Shown piece by piece: positions 41,063-52,139 of a stretch of 64,000 bases of DNA. The notes beneath the pieces were generated by a model that saw nothing but the letters and a program-made list of their open reading frames with translations, was not told the origin of the DNA and did not search any database. Made by a program: the position numbers and the translations under genes. Positions within the stretch are counted from its first letter, which is position 1. Every line of letters begins with the position of its first letter. The stretch is from an uncultured Phycisphaerales bacterium (lineage in GTDB: Bacteria > Planctomycetota > Phycisphaerae > Tepidisphaerales > Tepidisphaeraceae), in contig CAVWLP010000002.1 of assembly GCA_963755915.1 (NCBI GenBank), positions 2,144,001 to 2,208,000 on the forward strand, read 5' to 3'.

Positions 41063-41709
41063 TGGCTGGGTTCCGGCGCTGGTGCGGGCGCCGCCCCACC
41101 CGTGTTGTCCGTGCTGTACTTCTTGTCCATTTCGATCACCACTTTATCCGTGATGTCCAGCGCGGGATCGCTGTACAGGACCGTGTGTTCCAGGATCGTC
41201 TGCAAAAACGCCCCTGCATCCAGCTTATCGAGTTCCGGAAAATCGGGCTGGCCCCCGTTGACCACGACCGTCAGCCCGTCTTCCTTCGCCACGTCCGCAA
41301 CCGCGTCCTGGATCTTCTTGAACAGCGCCTTCTCCTCCTCGCGCTGGATCCGCATCATGTTCACTTGCTTCGCCTGCAGCCACGCCTGCGAATTCGCCTG
41401 GTCTTCCGTGAACTTCTCCACCTTGTCGTCATATTCCTTCGACGTCGGCAGCAGCAGCTTCAGCTCGTCGGCTTCCGTTTGAAGCTCGCCCTTCTTCACG
41501 GTCGCTTCGTTCTGAAGCGTCTCCCCATCCGCTTTCCACTTCGACATGACGTCTTTGCCTTCCTGAATCTTGTTCAGGACGGTCACCGGGTCGCAAACGC
41601 CCAATTTCAGCGGTGGGGCGCTCGTGTCGTCCGCCAACCCAACACCCGCCGACATCATCATTCCCGCCGCGCCCACCAACACCGCCAACAACGCTGATCG
41701 AACTTTCAT
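41059..41709 (-). CDS. skp: OmpH/Skp chaperone
   Basis: Signal peptide, coiled coil, VLY...DITDKVV; lies between bamA and lpxD. Confidence 0.82.
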   Translation of the reverse strand: MKVRSALLAVLVGAAGMMMSAGVGLADDTSAPPLKLGVCDPVTVLNKIQEGKDVMSKWKADGETLQNEATVKKGELQTEADELKLLLPTSKEYDDKVEKFTEDQANSQAWLQAKQVNMMRIQREEEKALFKKIQDAVADVAKEDGLTVVVNGGQPDFPELDKLDAGAFLQTILEHTVLYSDPALDITDKVVIEMDKKYSTDNTGGAAPAPAPEPSH

Positions 41710-41857
41710 ATCAATTCCTCTGGAAAAGAATCCAAGAACACTGGTCAGATAGTAATGGAAACCGCCTTTATGCGAAACTTCAAGCCCCACCCTTTGCCGA
41801 CGCGTCTCCTCCCCGAAATGTCCTCAAAATGCCTTATTTTGCAGTTAACCTGTTATC

Positions 41858-44290
41858 CTATCGGGTAATCCCGAACGAAAAGCTCAATACCTGCTCATTA
41901 TCCTGTGGACTGTGAGTGATGGGGATGCCGAAGTCAAGCGCCAGCGGCTGCTTCCCGAAGATCGGCAGAACCAGCCTGAAGCCAAAGCCCACCGCCGTCC
42001 GGATGTCCCCAAACTTCATCGTCGATTCGAAATCCCCCGCATCGAAGAATACAACGCCGCGTAAAAAGTCCTCGATCATCGGGAATTGATACTCAGCCGT
42101 CCCCGACATGTAAAAATCCGCTCCCACCGCGTCCTCGCTGATCCCACCGCGCGGGCTGATGCCCCAATATTCAAACCCGCGGATGCTTCCGATGCCGCCT
42201 CCGTAAAACCGCTCGTAAAACGGCGCCTTGCGGGGGTCGTCGCCCCCTTCGATATGAAAGTCCAGCACCGATTTGCGGTCCAGCAGGTCGTTGGTGACAA
42301 GCTGGTAAGCCGTCGCCGACCACGTATACCTCAGGTAGTTCACCGTCCCGCCCATCGCCCCCGCGTCCGTCAGCGATATCCATGAGTCCAGCCCCTCATA
42401 GGTGATCGGTCCATGATTCGTCGTATCCCGCTCGAACTTGACCGTCGCCGTCGTCAGCGTGTGATGGCCAAGCCCCTCAATGATCTCCGGCGCTCGCGCA
42501 AACTCCGGGAACTCCAGGTTCTTTATATCAACGTCCGCCGCCCCCAGCTCCACCGACGCCGAATAAATATAGTCAAACCGCCGCCCCACCCCGATCGACG
42601 CGCCCAGCCGATCGTCGTTGTACACCGGCCGGATGTGCGTCTGGTAATACCCCGAGGTCGAAAGGCTGTACGGCTGATCCAGAAAGTAGGGCTCGATGAA
42701 CGTCAACTGTGCATCCGTTCCCTGCGTTCCCGGATCAAACCGCGCGATGAACTGCTGCCCCGCCCCCGTAAACGTCCGGTCGCTGAAAACCTCATCGGCA
42801 GCTCGTCGGCAAGTTGGCGATGTCGAAATTCGATTGCTCGTATCCGAGCTGCCCGCCGAACCCTCCGTTACTGTTGACCCCGATCCCCGCGTTGATCTGC
42901 GCCGTCTTCTGCTCCGTAACCTGCACCAGCAGGTCCCGCACCTCCGGGTCGTCTCCCACCGGTGAAATCGTCACCGACTGAAATTCCGGCAGCCCCTTCA
43001 ACCGGTCTTCCGCGTCCTGCACTTCCGCCGAGTCATAAACCTGCCCCGGATACATGTGCATTTCCCGCAGCATCACCTTGTCCTGCGTCTTCTCGTTCCC
43101 CTTGATCAGGATACGCCCGGTGCGGAACTGCTTCCCCTCGCTTATCTCGTACACCAGCCGGACTTTCCCCACGTCTTTCTCATAATACGTCTCCGGCGTG
43201 ATGTGCAGATATTCCAGGTTCGGCTGGATCCGGCTGCTCCTCGTAAATAAACCCTCCCCGTTTGCTGTAAGTCTTCACCATCTCGCGAACATCGTTGTCG
43301 ATAATGTCCTGGTCATAGGCCACCCCCTCCACGTCCTTGATCGACGACCGCAAATCCCCTTCGCTTACCGACACGTTCCCGTCGAACAATACCTGGTCGA
43401 TCGTATATCGCACCCCCTCGTCGATCACGAAGGTGACCTGCATCTCCTTCATGTCCGTCGATCGTGACAGCTTCCTTCCCACCCGCACGTCGAAAAATCC
43501 CTTGCTTCGATAAAACTTGATCAGCGAATTCACGTCATCATCAACCTGGTCCGGGTCGTATTTCCCCGGGATTGAAAATGAAAATGTATATCCCCGTCTT
43601 CATCTGGTCCTTCAGCTTCCAGGCGCTGAAGCTGTTGTTGCCGATGAAGTCGATCTTCCGCACCCGCAGCCGTGGACCCTCCACGATCGTGAAGACCAGC
43701 ACCCCCGTCTCTTGAAGCTGCTCGTAAGACCACTGCACGTGCACATACGGATAATTCTTGTCCCGGTAAAACTTCTCCAGCGACTGCTGCGCCAGGTTGA
43801 TCCGGAACTGGTCGATCGCCTCCCCCACGTGCAGTTCCGTCTGCTGCCCAAGGTCCTTGTTGTTGATGTGAAAATTGCCGACGTATCTGATCTCTTTGAT
43901 CTGCTGCTGCTCCGTCACCAGGAACGTGACGATCACCCCCGTCTCCGTCGCCTGGACGCGCGCCTCCACATCCGCGAATTTTCTCATCTTGTCGTAGATT
44001 CGCTGGTAATCTCCCACCACCGTCTGCGGATCGAATTTGTCCCCCACCCGCGTTCTCACCAGTTGCAGGATCGCCGACGTGCTTACCTGCGTGTTGCCAG
44101 TCACCCGCACTTCTTCAACGGTTCTCCCCGCATATTCCCCCGCCGCCCCGGCCTCCAATGCCGGCCCCACTGTCGCTCGTTCCGTTGTCGCCTGTCCTGT
44201 TGCCGCCTGACCCCACGCGTGCGAAACCGCGGCGATTACTGCCAGCACCAGCCAACACCAAAAGTGTTTTTCAAACGAATTCGATCGCAC
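41858..44290 (-). CDS. bamA: Outer membrane assembly factor BamA, with three apparent frameshifts (about 43564, 43228, 42802)
   Basis: POTRA repeats, GGIGSIRGF motif, C-terminal FSFG; bamA-skp-lpxD synteny. Confidence 0.9.
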
Positions 44291-44543
44291 GCGCTGCCCG
44301 ATTCCCTTTGGCCTTGCTGCCCGTCAACTTTCCTTTCCCGGCAGTTCAGCGGTCGTCTGAAAACCCCTGTGGCCGCCGCACTTGCAGGGTGCGACCTTAA
44401 TGATTCTTTGGTTTCAAAACAGCCACGCCGCGCAGTGTAGCCGCACCCCAGTCGTTTTCAAAATGAAGCGCCTATGATAACGCGCATTGTCGCGCCAATT
44501 CTCTTGCCCGCCGCGTTTCATCGCCGATATCATGATCGAGCTC

Positions 44544-45224
44544 ATGCGCCTTCTCGTTGTTGAAGACTTCCAACCTCTCCGCGAGTCGCTCGTCCAGGGA
44601 CTGCGCGAAGCCGGCTTCGCCGTCGACGAGGCCGCCGACGGACAGACCGCCCTCTGGCACGCCCGCACCGGTGAGCACGACGTCATCATCCTCGACATCA
44701 TGCTCCCCAAGCTGGACGGCCGCGCCGTCCTTCAGCAGCTCCGCGAGCAGAAGAGCCCATCCATGGTCCTTTTCCTCACCGCCAAAGACACCGCGCAGGA
44801 CCGCGTCGATGGCCTCGAACTCGGCGCCGACGACTACCTCGTCAAACCCTTCGTTTTCGCCGAGCTCCTCGCCCGCGTCAGGGCCATGATCCGCAGAAAA
44901 TACGACACCAAATCCACCGTCGTCCGCATCGCCGATCTCGAAGTCGACACCACCCATCGCATCGTCCGCCGCGCCGGAAAGCCCATCGACCTCAGCGGCC
45001 GCGAATACGCACTGCTCGAATACCTCGTCCACAACGCCGGTCGAATCGTCTCCCGCGCCGACATCTGGCAGCACGTCTACGACTTCAACGCCTCCCCCGA
45101 AAGCAACGTCGTCGACGTCTACATCGGTCTGCTCCGCAAGAAAATCGAACGACCCGATTCCCCTCGCCTTATTCACACCCGACGCGGTCAAGGGTATCTT
45201 CTTGCGGAACTGGAACCGGTATGA
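44544..45224 (+). CDS. OmpR-family response regulator
   Basis: LLVVED, ILDIMLP, GADDYLVKPF and IHTRRGQGY motifs. Confidence 0.94.
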   Translation: MRLLVVEDFQPLRESLVQGLREAGFAVDEAADGQTALWHARTGEHDVIILDIMLPKLDGRAVLQQLREQKSPSMVLFLTAKDTAQDRVDGLELGADDYLVKPFVFAELLARVRAMIRRKYDTKSTVVRIADLEVDTTHRIVRRAGKPIDLSGREYALLEYLVHNAGRIVSRADIWQHVYDFNASPESNVVDVYIGLLRKKIERPDSPRLIHTRRGQGYLLAELEPV

Positions 45225-46740
45225 TCCGCTCGCTCCGCGCCCGCCTGCTCGTTCAGACTTCCATCGCCGCCACCCTCGTCCTCGGACTGCTTGGCGTCGC
45301 CCTCTATTTCGGCATCCGCTATTCCGTCCGCAACGAATACGACCACGCCCTCCAGTCCGAAGCCGGCGCCCTCGCCTCCACCGCCGAGCAGCACGGCAAC
45401 GACATCGTCTTCGACTTCGCCCCCGACGAGCTCCCCCAGTTCTTCACCAAGCAACACCCCGATTACTACGAAGCCTGGATCGATCCCAACACCATCCTCC
45501 GCTCTCCCTCCCTCGGCGCCGGCGAGCTTCCCCGCCCCTCCACCGGCAGCGCCTATAGCTATCGCAACATCACCCTTCCCGACGGACGCCCCGGACGAAT
45601 GATCGGCATGTCCTTCACCACCACCATCGAGGCAGATGCCGCCCACGATTCCGCCGTCTCCGACCGGCCACACACCGTCCTCCTTGCCCTGGCCCACGGA
45701 ACTCAGGCCATTGACGAATCGACGGGAAACTTCGCCTGGGTCCTCGTCGGCTGGTGCGGACTCGCCGTCGCGCTTTCCGGGATCCTCCTCTACTGGATCG
45801 TCGGCCGCGCCGTCCGACCCGTCGAACGCATCGCCCGCGAAATCGACCAGCTCCGCGAGCAAGACCTCTCCGTTCGCCTCCAGGCCCCCGATGCCCCCAC
45901 CGAGCTCCAGCCGGTCGTCGATAAGCTCAACGGCCTGCTTTCCCGCCTCGACGCCGCCTTCTCCCGCGAGCGCGCCTTCACGTCCGACGTCGCCCACGAG
46001 CTGCGCACGCCCCTCGCGGCCCTGCTCACCACCTTCGAGGTCTGCCGCTCGCGCCGCGCGAAGAGGCCGACTATGTCTCCGCCATCGACAAATGCAGACA
46101 GGTCGCCCGCCGAATGCAGGAGATGGTCGAAACCCTCCTCGTCCTCACCCGCGCCGATGCCGGCCAGCTTTCCCTCAAGACTCAAAAAATCGACGCCGCC
46201 GATCTCCTCGACGACTCCTGGGCCTTCTTCACTCCCCGCGCCGAGCAGCGCAATCTCAATGTCCAATGGCAGGTCGCCGGCCCCATCTTCATCGAATCCG
46301 ACCCCGAAAAACTCCTCATCATTTTCCAGAATATCTTCGACAACGCCGTCTCCTACGCCAACGACTCCGGCTCCCTCCGCGTCTCCGCCAACGTCAACCC
46401 ACAGCGCCTTCTCATTGAGGTCGCCAACACCGGCAGCCGCATAACCCCCGACGAAAAACAAGACCTCTTCCGCCGATTCTGGCGCGGCGACCAGGCCCGC
46501 ACCGACACCGGCCTCCACTGCGGCCTCGGCCTCTCCCTTTGCCAGCGCCTCGCCCGCTTCCTGCACGGCCAGATCGATATTCAGCTTCAGGACCCCGACT
46601 GGTTCGTCGTCCGACTTACCCTGCCGGCAATCGCCCAAGCTCCGGCAATTCCTATTTCCCCGCCTACTTCCTCGCCGCCGACCCCACCGGCATCGCCTCC
46701 CCAGCCTCCAGCCCCGCAGACCCAGTCCTCGGTAGCGTAG
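45221..46740 (+). CDS. HAMP sensor histidine kinase, frameshifted at about 46053
   Basis: Two TM helices, AHELRTPL; NIFDNAVSY and GLGLSL boxes in the second frame. Confidence 0.88.
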
Positions 46741-48718
46741 CCATCCCCAAAACTTCGCTCGCATACGCCCGCAGCAGTTCCGCCGCGCCCAGCGCCGAGG
46801 CCGGCGCCCCGCGACCATCCTTCGGCGAGCTTCCGTCAAATATCTCGCAAATCTGCCCCATCCCGTCCCCCGCCATGTAATTCAGACACGGCTGAATCCA
46901 TCCCGAAACCGTCCCAATCGTCTCCTCGCCGCGCCCATGCACTTTCAGATACGCGCTCGCCAGAGGCGCCAGCAGCCACGGATAAACCGACCCCTGATGC
47001 ATCGCCTTGTCCCTGGACACAACATTCCCCTCGTATTTCCCCGTAAACGCCGCATCGCTCCGCGCCAAACTCCGCACCCCCATCGGCGTGAGCAGCTCCT
47101 CCACCACTTTCCGAATCACCGCCTTATGTCTCTCCGGCGCCAAAACCGCGTGCGATAAACTCACCGCGAAAATCTGGTTCGGACGAATCGACCCATCCGC
47201 GTTTTTCCCATCCAGCACGTCAAAGCAGCATTCCGCCTGCGCGTTCCAGAACCGCTCGTTGAACGATCCAAACACCCGCTTCGCCATCTCCTCCCACTTG
47301 AGGCTCAGCGCCGTTTTCCCCAATTTCGCCGCCAGCCGTGCGCCGGTAAACAGCGCGTTGTACCAAAGCGCGTTCAATTCCACCGTCTGCCCCGCCCGCG
47401 GCGTCATCACCCAATCCCCCACCTGCGCGTCCATCCACGACTTCGCCTCGCCCGCTTTCTTCGTCCCAATCAATCCGCTGCCGTCGCAATAAACGTCTCC
47501 GTCCGCCTGCTGATACGTCCCGATGATTTTCTCCACCGCCGCGAACAGCGCCGCCGCCGTCTTCTCGTCCCCGCTCCTCCGGCAATATTCCCCAACCGCA
47601 TCGACAAACCAAAGCGACGTATCCGCCCCGCTAAACGTCGGCTCACCTGTCTCCGCCAATTCCGTCGGCACCATCCCCCCGCGCATCTGCGCCGCCAGCC
47701 CAAACAGCAGCGCCTTTCCCTCCGCCATCCTGCCCGGAACCATGAACATCCCGCGAAATCCGATCAGCGACGCCCGACCGCTGCACGACGACCACGGATA
47801 CTGCTTGATCACGTGTACGGCTCTCTCCCCCTCGCTCTGCCCCGGCAGCGTCACCACGAACGATCCCGCCGCGCGCGACAGCATCTCCAGCGTATCGTTC
47901 GGCTCCGACGCCAGAATCGCCGTCATCCGGTCAAACTCATCCCGCGCCCGCTCCAGCTCGCCGCAAACCCGCTTCAAGTCCGCCGGCTCAGTCGAGAAAA
48001 CCAAATGCACCGTCTTCCCGGGCGAAAGCGTCCATCGGAAAGTCCCCGGCTTCCACAAATCCTCCAGCCCGCTGTAGCCACGCTCGTTCTCACGCCGGTA
48101 AATCGCGTTCAAATGCCAGTGCGGCTCCGTCCGGAACTCCCCATCATGCACGAAGAAAACCTCCGGCGTCCGCGTCGTCGCCGCGATCCTCACCGTGCCA
48201 TTCTTCACCTCGGTCGCCCACCGGCTGTTCCACTGGTACATCAATTCATGAATCCCCCGCAGCGCCAGCAGGGGCCTGATCTCCAGCGACACCTCCTTCT
48301 CCCCCGTCAAAAGCGAGTAAGACAGGCACGCCGTATTCTCCCCGCGCAAAAGCCGCAATGACTTCTCGATCGTAAATCCATCCCCCTGGTACGCCCACCG
48401 CGGAAACGGCTCGACGTTAAACGCCCGCAGGTGGTTGAACCCGTGCGGATAGATCGTCCCCGGATACTCATTGTTGCCAAGAAAAAATTCCCCCGCCGAG
48501 GTCCGGACCGTCTCTTCAACGTGCGAAAGCAAAACCATCCGCCGCGCCGGCGGCGACATCGCCGCCACCAGCAGCCCGTGATACTTCCGCGTGTTCAATC
48601 CGCAAAGCGTCGAGCTGGCATATCCCCCCAGCCCATTGGCGGCAATCCATTCACGCCCGATCAACGCTTCAAAATCCATCTCCGAAATGTTCACCGGCCG
48701 CATGACACGGTCCTCCAT
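46664..48718 (-). CDS. Glycogen debranching enzyme (amylo-alpha-1,6-glucosidase)
   Basis: REWIAANGLGGYAS, TRKYHGLL, WMDA, VELNALWYNAL and IRPNQ motifs. Confidence 0.9.
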   Translation of the reverse strand: MEDRVMRPVNISEMDFEALIGREWIAANGLGGYASSTLCGLNTRKYHGLLVAAMSPPARRMVLLSHVEETVRTSAGEFFLGNNEYPGTIYPHGFNHLRAFNVEPFPRWAYQGDGFTIEKSLRLLRGENTACLSYSLLTGEKEVSLEIRPLLALRGIHELMYQWNSRWATEVKNGTVRIAATTRTPEVFFVHDGEFRTEPHWHLNAIYRRENERGYSGLEDLWKPGTFRWTLSPGKTVHLVFSTEPADLKRVCGELERARDEFDRMTAILASEPNDTLEMLSRAAGSFVVTLPGQSEGERAVHVIKQYPWSSCSGRASLIGFRGMFMVPGRMAEGKALLFGLAAQMRGGMVPTELAETGEPTFSGADTSLWFVDAVGEYCRRSGDEKTAAALFAAVEKIIGTYQQADGDVYCDGSGLIGTKKAGEAKSWMDAQVGDWVMTPRAGQTVELNALWYNALFTGARLAAKLGKTALSLKWEEMAKRVFGSFNERFWNAQAECCFDVLDGKNADGSIRPNQIFAVSLSHAVLAPERHKAVIRKVVEELLTPMGVRSLARSDAAFTGKYEGNVVSRDKAMHQGSVYPWLLAPLASAYLKVHGRGEETIGTVSGWIQPCLNYMAGDGMGQICEIFDGSSPKDGRGAPASALGAAELLRAYASEVLGMATLPRTGSAGLEAGEAMPVGSAARK

Positions 48719-48789
48719 GATTCCCCGAAACTTGAAAACCCATTATCCCAACGCTCCGTTCCGGTGGCAACAAGCTAATTTCTATGCAT

Positions 48790-49206
48790 CTAAGGATTTC
48801 CGGCCAACCAATTCTCCGTTTGAACTTCCTTCAGCGCCGAAAAGTCCTGATCGGAAGTCACCAGGCTCAGATTCATCTGCCGGCACAATGCGGCCAGAAT
48901 CATGTCTACTTGTGACAGCACGCGTCCTCGCTGCTTCAGGTCGTGATGGATAGCGCCGTAATACTGTGCCGTTACGCGGTCAATTGGCCAGATTCGAACC
49001 TGCCGCAGTAGGCGCTCCAAGTTCAAACGATAGGCCTCGGGGTGGCTAACCTGCTGGATTCCCGCCTCAATCTCACACAGGACTGGAACGCACGTCCCGA
49101 TCTTGTTTCCACTGGGACGGAGCTCCGCGATTCTCTTCCGAACCATCGAACCCGGCGTCACCGCGTGACCCACGTGATTCGTGTCGAGCAGATAGCCCGA
49201 CGTCAC
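48790..49206 (-). CDS. vapC: VapC PIN-domain toxin
   Basis: YLLDTNH, E, DMILAA and LVTSDQDF motifs. Confidence 0.9.
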   Translation of the reverse strand: MTSGYLLDTNHVGHAVTPGSMVRKRIAELRPSGNKIGTCVPVLCEIEAGIQQVSHPEAYRLNLERLLRQVRIWPIDRVTAQYYGAIHHDLKQRGRVLSQVDMILAALCRQMNLSLVTSDQDFSALKEVQTENWLAGNP

Positions 49207-49463
49207 GGCAGCCCCCACTCGCGGCGTACCACGTTCTTGCTCTCGCGTTCGATCTCTTCCAGTGCTTTGCGAAACCGTTCGTGCTCGCCCGCCGGTACTC
49301 GCGCCACGGCCTCGTCCAGTTCCGTCGCCCACTGATCGATCTTCGCGCCGCTGGCGCTGCCATCAGGCTGTTCGATGATCAATTCCTGTCCCTCCCGCCA
49401 TTCGGACGGGAGCGGTTCGATCGGCTCGATGCGACCATTCTGAATAACCGCCTTTATTGTCAT
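49203..49463 (-). CDS. Putative antitoxin
   Basis: MTIKAVIQNGRIEPIEPLP; stop overlaps the vapC start (GTGA). Confidence 0.8.
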   Translation of the reverse strand: MTIKAVIQNGRIEPIEPLPSEWREGQELIIEQPDGSASGAKIDQWATELDEAVARVPAGEHERFRKALEEIERESKNVVRREWGLP

Positions 49464-49562
49464 GCGTTCGCCTCGCCCAAATTATACAATCCGTCCCGGC
49501 AACTACCTATCTTCCTCAACCCGCCCCTACGAAATACCGAATAAAACACTAAGGGAACCCCT

Positions 49563-50342
49563 GTGCTCATCCAGTTCCAGAACACGCAGGAAGACTTCAA
49601 GGAGCTTGGCGACGCCATCACGGCCGCCCGCCGCCCCGTCAATTCGCCCATGCAGATCGTCATCCTCGTCGCCGTTTTCGGGGTTTACTACTTCGTCACA
49701 CGTTATCTATGGATTAAAGCGGGAGACCTGGACGGCCAGAATGCCTGGATCAACATGTGGATCGCCATCGTCGCCTTCGGCTTCACCTGGCTCGGCATCT
49801 CCCTCCCCTCCAGCTTCCGGGCCCGCCGATTCCCATGGCTTACCGGCCGCCAGGTCGTCTCCCTCTCCACCTTCCTGGGCCTCATCGGCGCCCTCCTCTT
49901 CGAGCACTGGCTCAACCACAAGTTCAACCCCAAGGCCCACGCCGACACCCTCACCTGGCAAGTCCTCCTCCCCCACAGCATCTGGCTCACGATCATGTTC
50001 TATGTGGCCTGCATCGGCGCCTACAACCACAGCAAGTCTCTGCCACGCCATTGGCAAAACCGCCCCGACCTCCATCGCCATCAGTCGGTCGATATCTCAG
50101 CCCAAGGCGTAGTCTTCTCTGACACTGAGACCCGGCGGGAATATCACTGGCCCGCCTTTGTAAAGGGAGAGGAGACACGGCACCTGTTTCTGCTCTTTAC
50201 CAGCGAGCACATCGGGCTGATGCTGCCCAAGAGGGCCTTTGACTCCGATGAGCAGATGGAGGCGATGCGGAATTTGATGAAGCTGATTCCCAAATCCGAA
50301 ACCCGCGGGTTCGCGGTCCTCCCGGCGGCCAAAGCCGCCTAA
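49563..50342 (+). CDS. Membrane protein with YcxB-like C-terminal domain
   Basis: Several TM helices; YHW...ET..LFLL...LPKRAF. Confidence 0.75.
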   Translation: MLIQFQNTQEDFKELGDAITAARRPVNSPMQIVILVAVFGVYYFVTRYLWIKAGDLDGQNAWINMWIAIVAFGFTWLGISLPSSFRARRFPWLTGRQVVSLSTFLGLIGALLFEHWLNHKFNPKAHADTLTWQVLLPHSIWLTIMFYVACIGAYNHSKSLPRHWQNRPDLHRHQSVDISAQGVVFSDTETRREYHWPAFVKGEETRHLFLLFTSEHIGLMLPKRAFDSDEQMEAMRNLMKLIPKSETRGFAVLPAAKAA

Positions 50343-50473
50343 GAATTTCGAACCCGCCCAGAACCCCCAGTAACCTTTCCCAACAAGCCTGAGCCGGGCC
50401 GTCCCCGGCCCGATCTTCCGCCTTTCCGCGTCCACACCAAATGCTATCGCTTTCTCTTTCTTCTATGGCAACA

Positions 50474-50531
50474 TTGTCTCTTCTTGCGCTCTTGGCGACT
50501 TAGCGGTTAAAAATCTTTCTAACCGCCAAGA
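50474..50531. repeat. Palindromic repeat split by the IS110 element (remainder at 52017-52040)
   Basis: Left arm ttgtctcttcttgcgctcttggcgacttagcggtt is complementary to the reconstructed aaccgccaagacgccaagagcgccaagaaagacaa. Confidence 0.8.
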
Positions 50532-50642
50532 AACTATGAAGCCGAGCCTTTCTCGGGACGTGAACGGGGTCAAAATGCCCCAAGTATGAACGAGCGTACC
50601 GCGTAGGTCGCTCAAACGTCTTTTTTGAGAAAGGACTCGGCA

Positions 50643-51686
50643 ATGCGAATTCTCGCTTTGGACCTGGGAAAGAACAAGAGCGTTTTTGTGGATTATGTCA
50701 CCGGCGGTGGAGAAAGAACGTTCGGCAAGATCGGCACCAATGCCCACGAGGTGCAAAAACTACTCGAGCGGGTGCGTCCGGATCGACTGGTCATCGAGGC
50801 CGGTCCGGCGGCAGGATGGGTTTGTGATCTGGCGGAGCGGAACAATGTTCCCGTCCAGGTGGCCAATGGCAACGATGAACGCTGGCGCTGGAAGACGGTG
50901 AAGGAGAAGAGTGATCGTAAAGACGCGCTGAAGATGGCGGCGATGTCGGAGATGGATTCGCTGCCGACGGTGCACGTGCCCAAGGCATCGGTTCGGCAGT
51001 GGCGTTCATTGATTGAATACAGACACGGCCTGGTGGATCGCCGCACGGTGCTCAAGAACTCGATCCGATCAATCTACGAGCGGCAGGGTTTGTATTTGCC
51101 CTCGGCGACCAAGGCGTGGACGAAAGCGCGACTGGAGGAAATGAGGAAGGAAGCAGCGGCCGCATCGGCGGAAGATCTGTGGCTGTTTCAGATCGGTTGT
51201 GAGGTGGCGCAACTGGAGCACCTGGAGAAGCAGATCGAAACTGTCGAAAGCAAGCTTCAGGAGTTGGGCCAGGCCAACAAAGCGGTGAAACGATTGCAGG
51301 AGGTGCCCGGCGTTGGTCCGCGGCTGAGCGAGGCGGTGGCGGTGATCATTGATGATCCCAGGCGATTCAAGAATGCACGTCAGGTGGGATGTTACGTGGG
51401 TCTGACGCCGCGGCGCTGGCAGAGCGGCGACAGCGATCGCCAGGGGCGGATCAGCAAGGCAGGCAACGCGCTGCTGCGGGAGTTGCTGGTGGAGGTGGCG
51501 TGGCTGGGGGTTCATCGCAATACGTGGATGAAGGACGTGTACGAGAGGGTTCTACGTGACAGCGAGAAGCGCAAGAAGATCGCGATTGTTGCGGTAGCCA
51601 GGAGATTACTGGTGAAGCTGTGGGCGATGCTGCGGGACGGAACCCGATGGAGAGAACCCCAGCGATCGCTGACGGCGGCCACTTGA
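50643..51686 (+). CDS. IS110-family DEDD recombinase/transposase
   Basis: ALDLGK, IEAG, KSDRKDA, VPGVG, YVGLTP..QSG, GRISKAGN and AIVAVARRL motifs. Confidence 0.95.
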   Translation: MRILALDLGKNKSVFVDYVTGGGERTFGKIGTNAHEVQKLLERVRPDRLVIEAGPAAGWVCDLAERNNVPVQVANGNDERWRWKTVKEKSDRKDALKMAAMSEMDSLPTVHVPKASVRQWRSLIEYRHGLVDRRTVLKNSIRSIYERQGLYLPSATKAWTKARLEEMRKEAAAASAEDLWLFQIGCEVAQLEHLEKQIETVESKLQELGQANKAVKRLQEVPGVGPRLSEAVAVIIDDPRRFKNARQVGCYVGLTPRRWQSGDSDRQGRISKAGNALLRELLVEVAWLGVHRNTWMKDVYERVLRDSEKRKKIAIVAVARRLLVKLWAMLRDGTRWREPQRSLTAAT

Positions 51687-51699
51687 AAATCGAAAAGGC

Positions 51700-51990
51700 G
51701 ATGACTGTCCCGACAAGTCGGTACAGGCGATGGAGTATCTCCCCTCCGGAAGACACCGTGTCAGAAAGCCGTTGTCTTCTGTGCAGGGGATTGAGTAGAG
51801 TTGAAGTGAAGTGGAATTGACGCGTTCGTGCAGGTTGAATGAGCAAGGCCAGACCCCGGTTGGCGTCTTAAGCTTCAAAGCTTGCCGCTAAGAATAGGGC
51901 TGGCCATTTGTACAGTTGAATAGGCCCGCCGCCAGGCGAGAGCACTGAATAGAAGGCTCACCCAATCGACCGCATGAGCGATCAACGCCC
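51700..51990 (+). ncRNA. Predicted bridge/seek RNA of the IS110 element (ends uncertain)
   Basis: Stem 51847-51856/51897-51905 encloses target-matching segments 51860-51869 and 51885-51893 around hairpin 51870-51883. Confidence 0.75.
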
Positions 51991-52139
51991 CTTGACAAGG
52001 CTCGGCTCATAGAAGACGCCAAGAGCGCCAAGAAAGACAAAGAAAACGCCCCGCTTCGGGGCGTGGCTATCAATCGAGCCGACCGGCTGTTTCTGATCCG
52101 GCCCCTCTCGGCAGAAATGCCTGATTCAGTCGGCGGCCA

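Larger units (their letters stand above)
50532..52016 (+). mobile_element. IS110-family element, IS1111-type
   Basis: Sub-terminal IRs ctatgaagccgagcctt (50534-50550) and aaggctcggctcatag (51997-52012); AAGA at both junctions; long 3' non-coding end. Confidence 0.9.

Noticed and set aside
41858-44290. bamA as a true pseudogene or programmed frameshift gene
   Set aside because: Normally essential gene with well-preserved fragments and no slippery heptamers; assembly error is more likely
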